The position numbers and the translations under genes were made by a program. A stretch of 64,000 nucleotides of DNA from Catajapyx aquilonaris. Lineage: Eukaryota. The notes below the pieces were generated by a model that was given only the letters and a program-made list of their open reading frames with translations, did no database searches and had not been told where the DNA came from. The DNA lies in NCBI GenBank assembly GCA_000934665.2, contig KZ538146.1, forward strand, positions 1 to 64,000, read 5' to 3'. Below are positions 63,427-64,000 of this stretch, one piece after another. The first letter of the stretch is position 1. Each line of letters opens with the position of its first letter.

Positions 63427-64000
63427 GTCTAGTCTGTACTTTTCATTTCAGATTAATAATTTTTTCTATACCAGCACCTAACTGTAAATGGCTGAATGGT
63501 TGCTATTGTTAATATTAAAATAATTGATTCAAGTTTTTTTAATGAACCAGGCTTAAACTCGGTTTCATGAAATAAAACTATAAGGGAAAATGTTCGAGTT
63601 TTGTATTATGGATAGCAAGCAGAATTATTGGAGATATTCCCTAGACGCAGGTTCAGAAAAAAATCTCCGAATGTGTGTAGGCATTCACAATGCATAAATC
63701 GAGATAATCTGCGATTTTCTCATTTACTTGCGTTTATACAACCTGTCATGAAGGATGAAGCGCAACTTTACCTGGGATATTGAAAATCTAAAGTACGTGT
63801 GTAAAAAGTATTACCTGTGAGTACAAACGCTTTTCAAACTGAATAGCACATAATTTATTATCTTCATTTGTAGACTATGTTGCAGTGGAAAAATGTGTTT
63901 ATCGCATAAAATAATTATTAAAATTCAGCTTTATTTATGACTCGAATATACTGGGTCGAATTTTCGTCCCTTTGGTAGTTACTGCTAATTTAGCAGTAGG

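Overview
AT-rich, intron-containing animal DNA, almost certainly from an arthropod, judging by the peritrophin-A/CBM14 genes and an insect-type LDLRAP1-like PTB protein. It is a draft assembly with N gaps at G/C homopolymers. I reconstructed spliced gene models by hand: (1) a type I membrane LRR protein (minus, 900-2431); (2) a secreted His/Gln-rich CBM14 chitin-binding protein (plus, 5160-7021); (3) a PTB-domain adaptor (minus, 10268-11204); (4) a second secreted CBM14 protein of CPAP1/U-scoloptoxin(01) type (plus, 26668-31553), probably using a GC-AG intron; (5) a 5-exon, 121-aa gene that the ORF track does not assemble (plus, 43566-55470), with an acidic Trp-rich N-terminus, a CxxC-x14-CGH half-RING zinc motif and a duplicated basic tail; (6) the signal-peptide exon of a secreted protein that runs out of the window (62693 onward). 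The remainder is dense in mobile DNA: a deleted CACTA/EnSpm element, a deleted Tc1/mariner element, many MITEs of different superfamilies, tRNA-derived SINE heads, LINE fragments and microsatellites. I saw no CRISPR array, rRNA gene or prokaryotic system. All gene models come from splice signals and frame continuity only and need RNA-seq confirmation.
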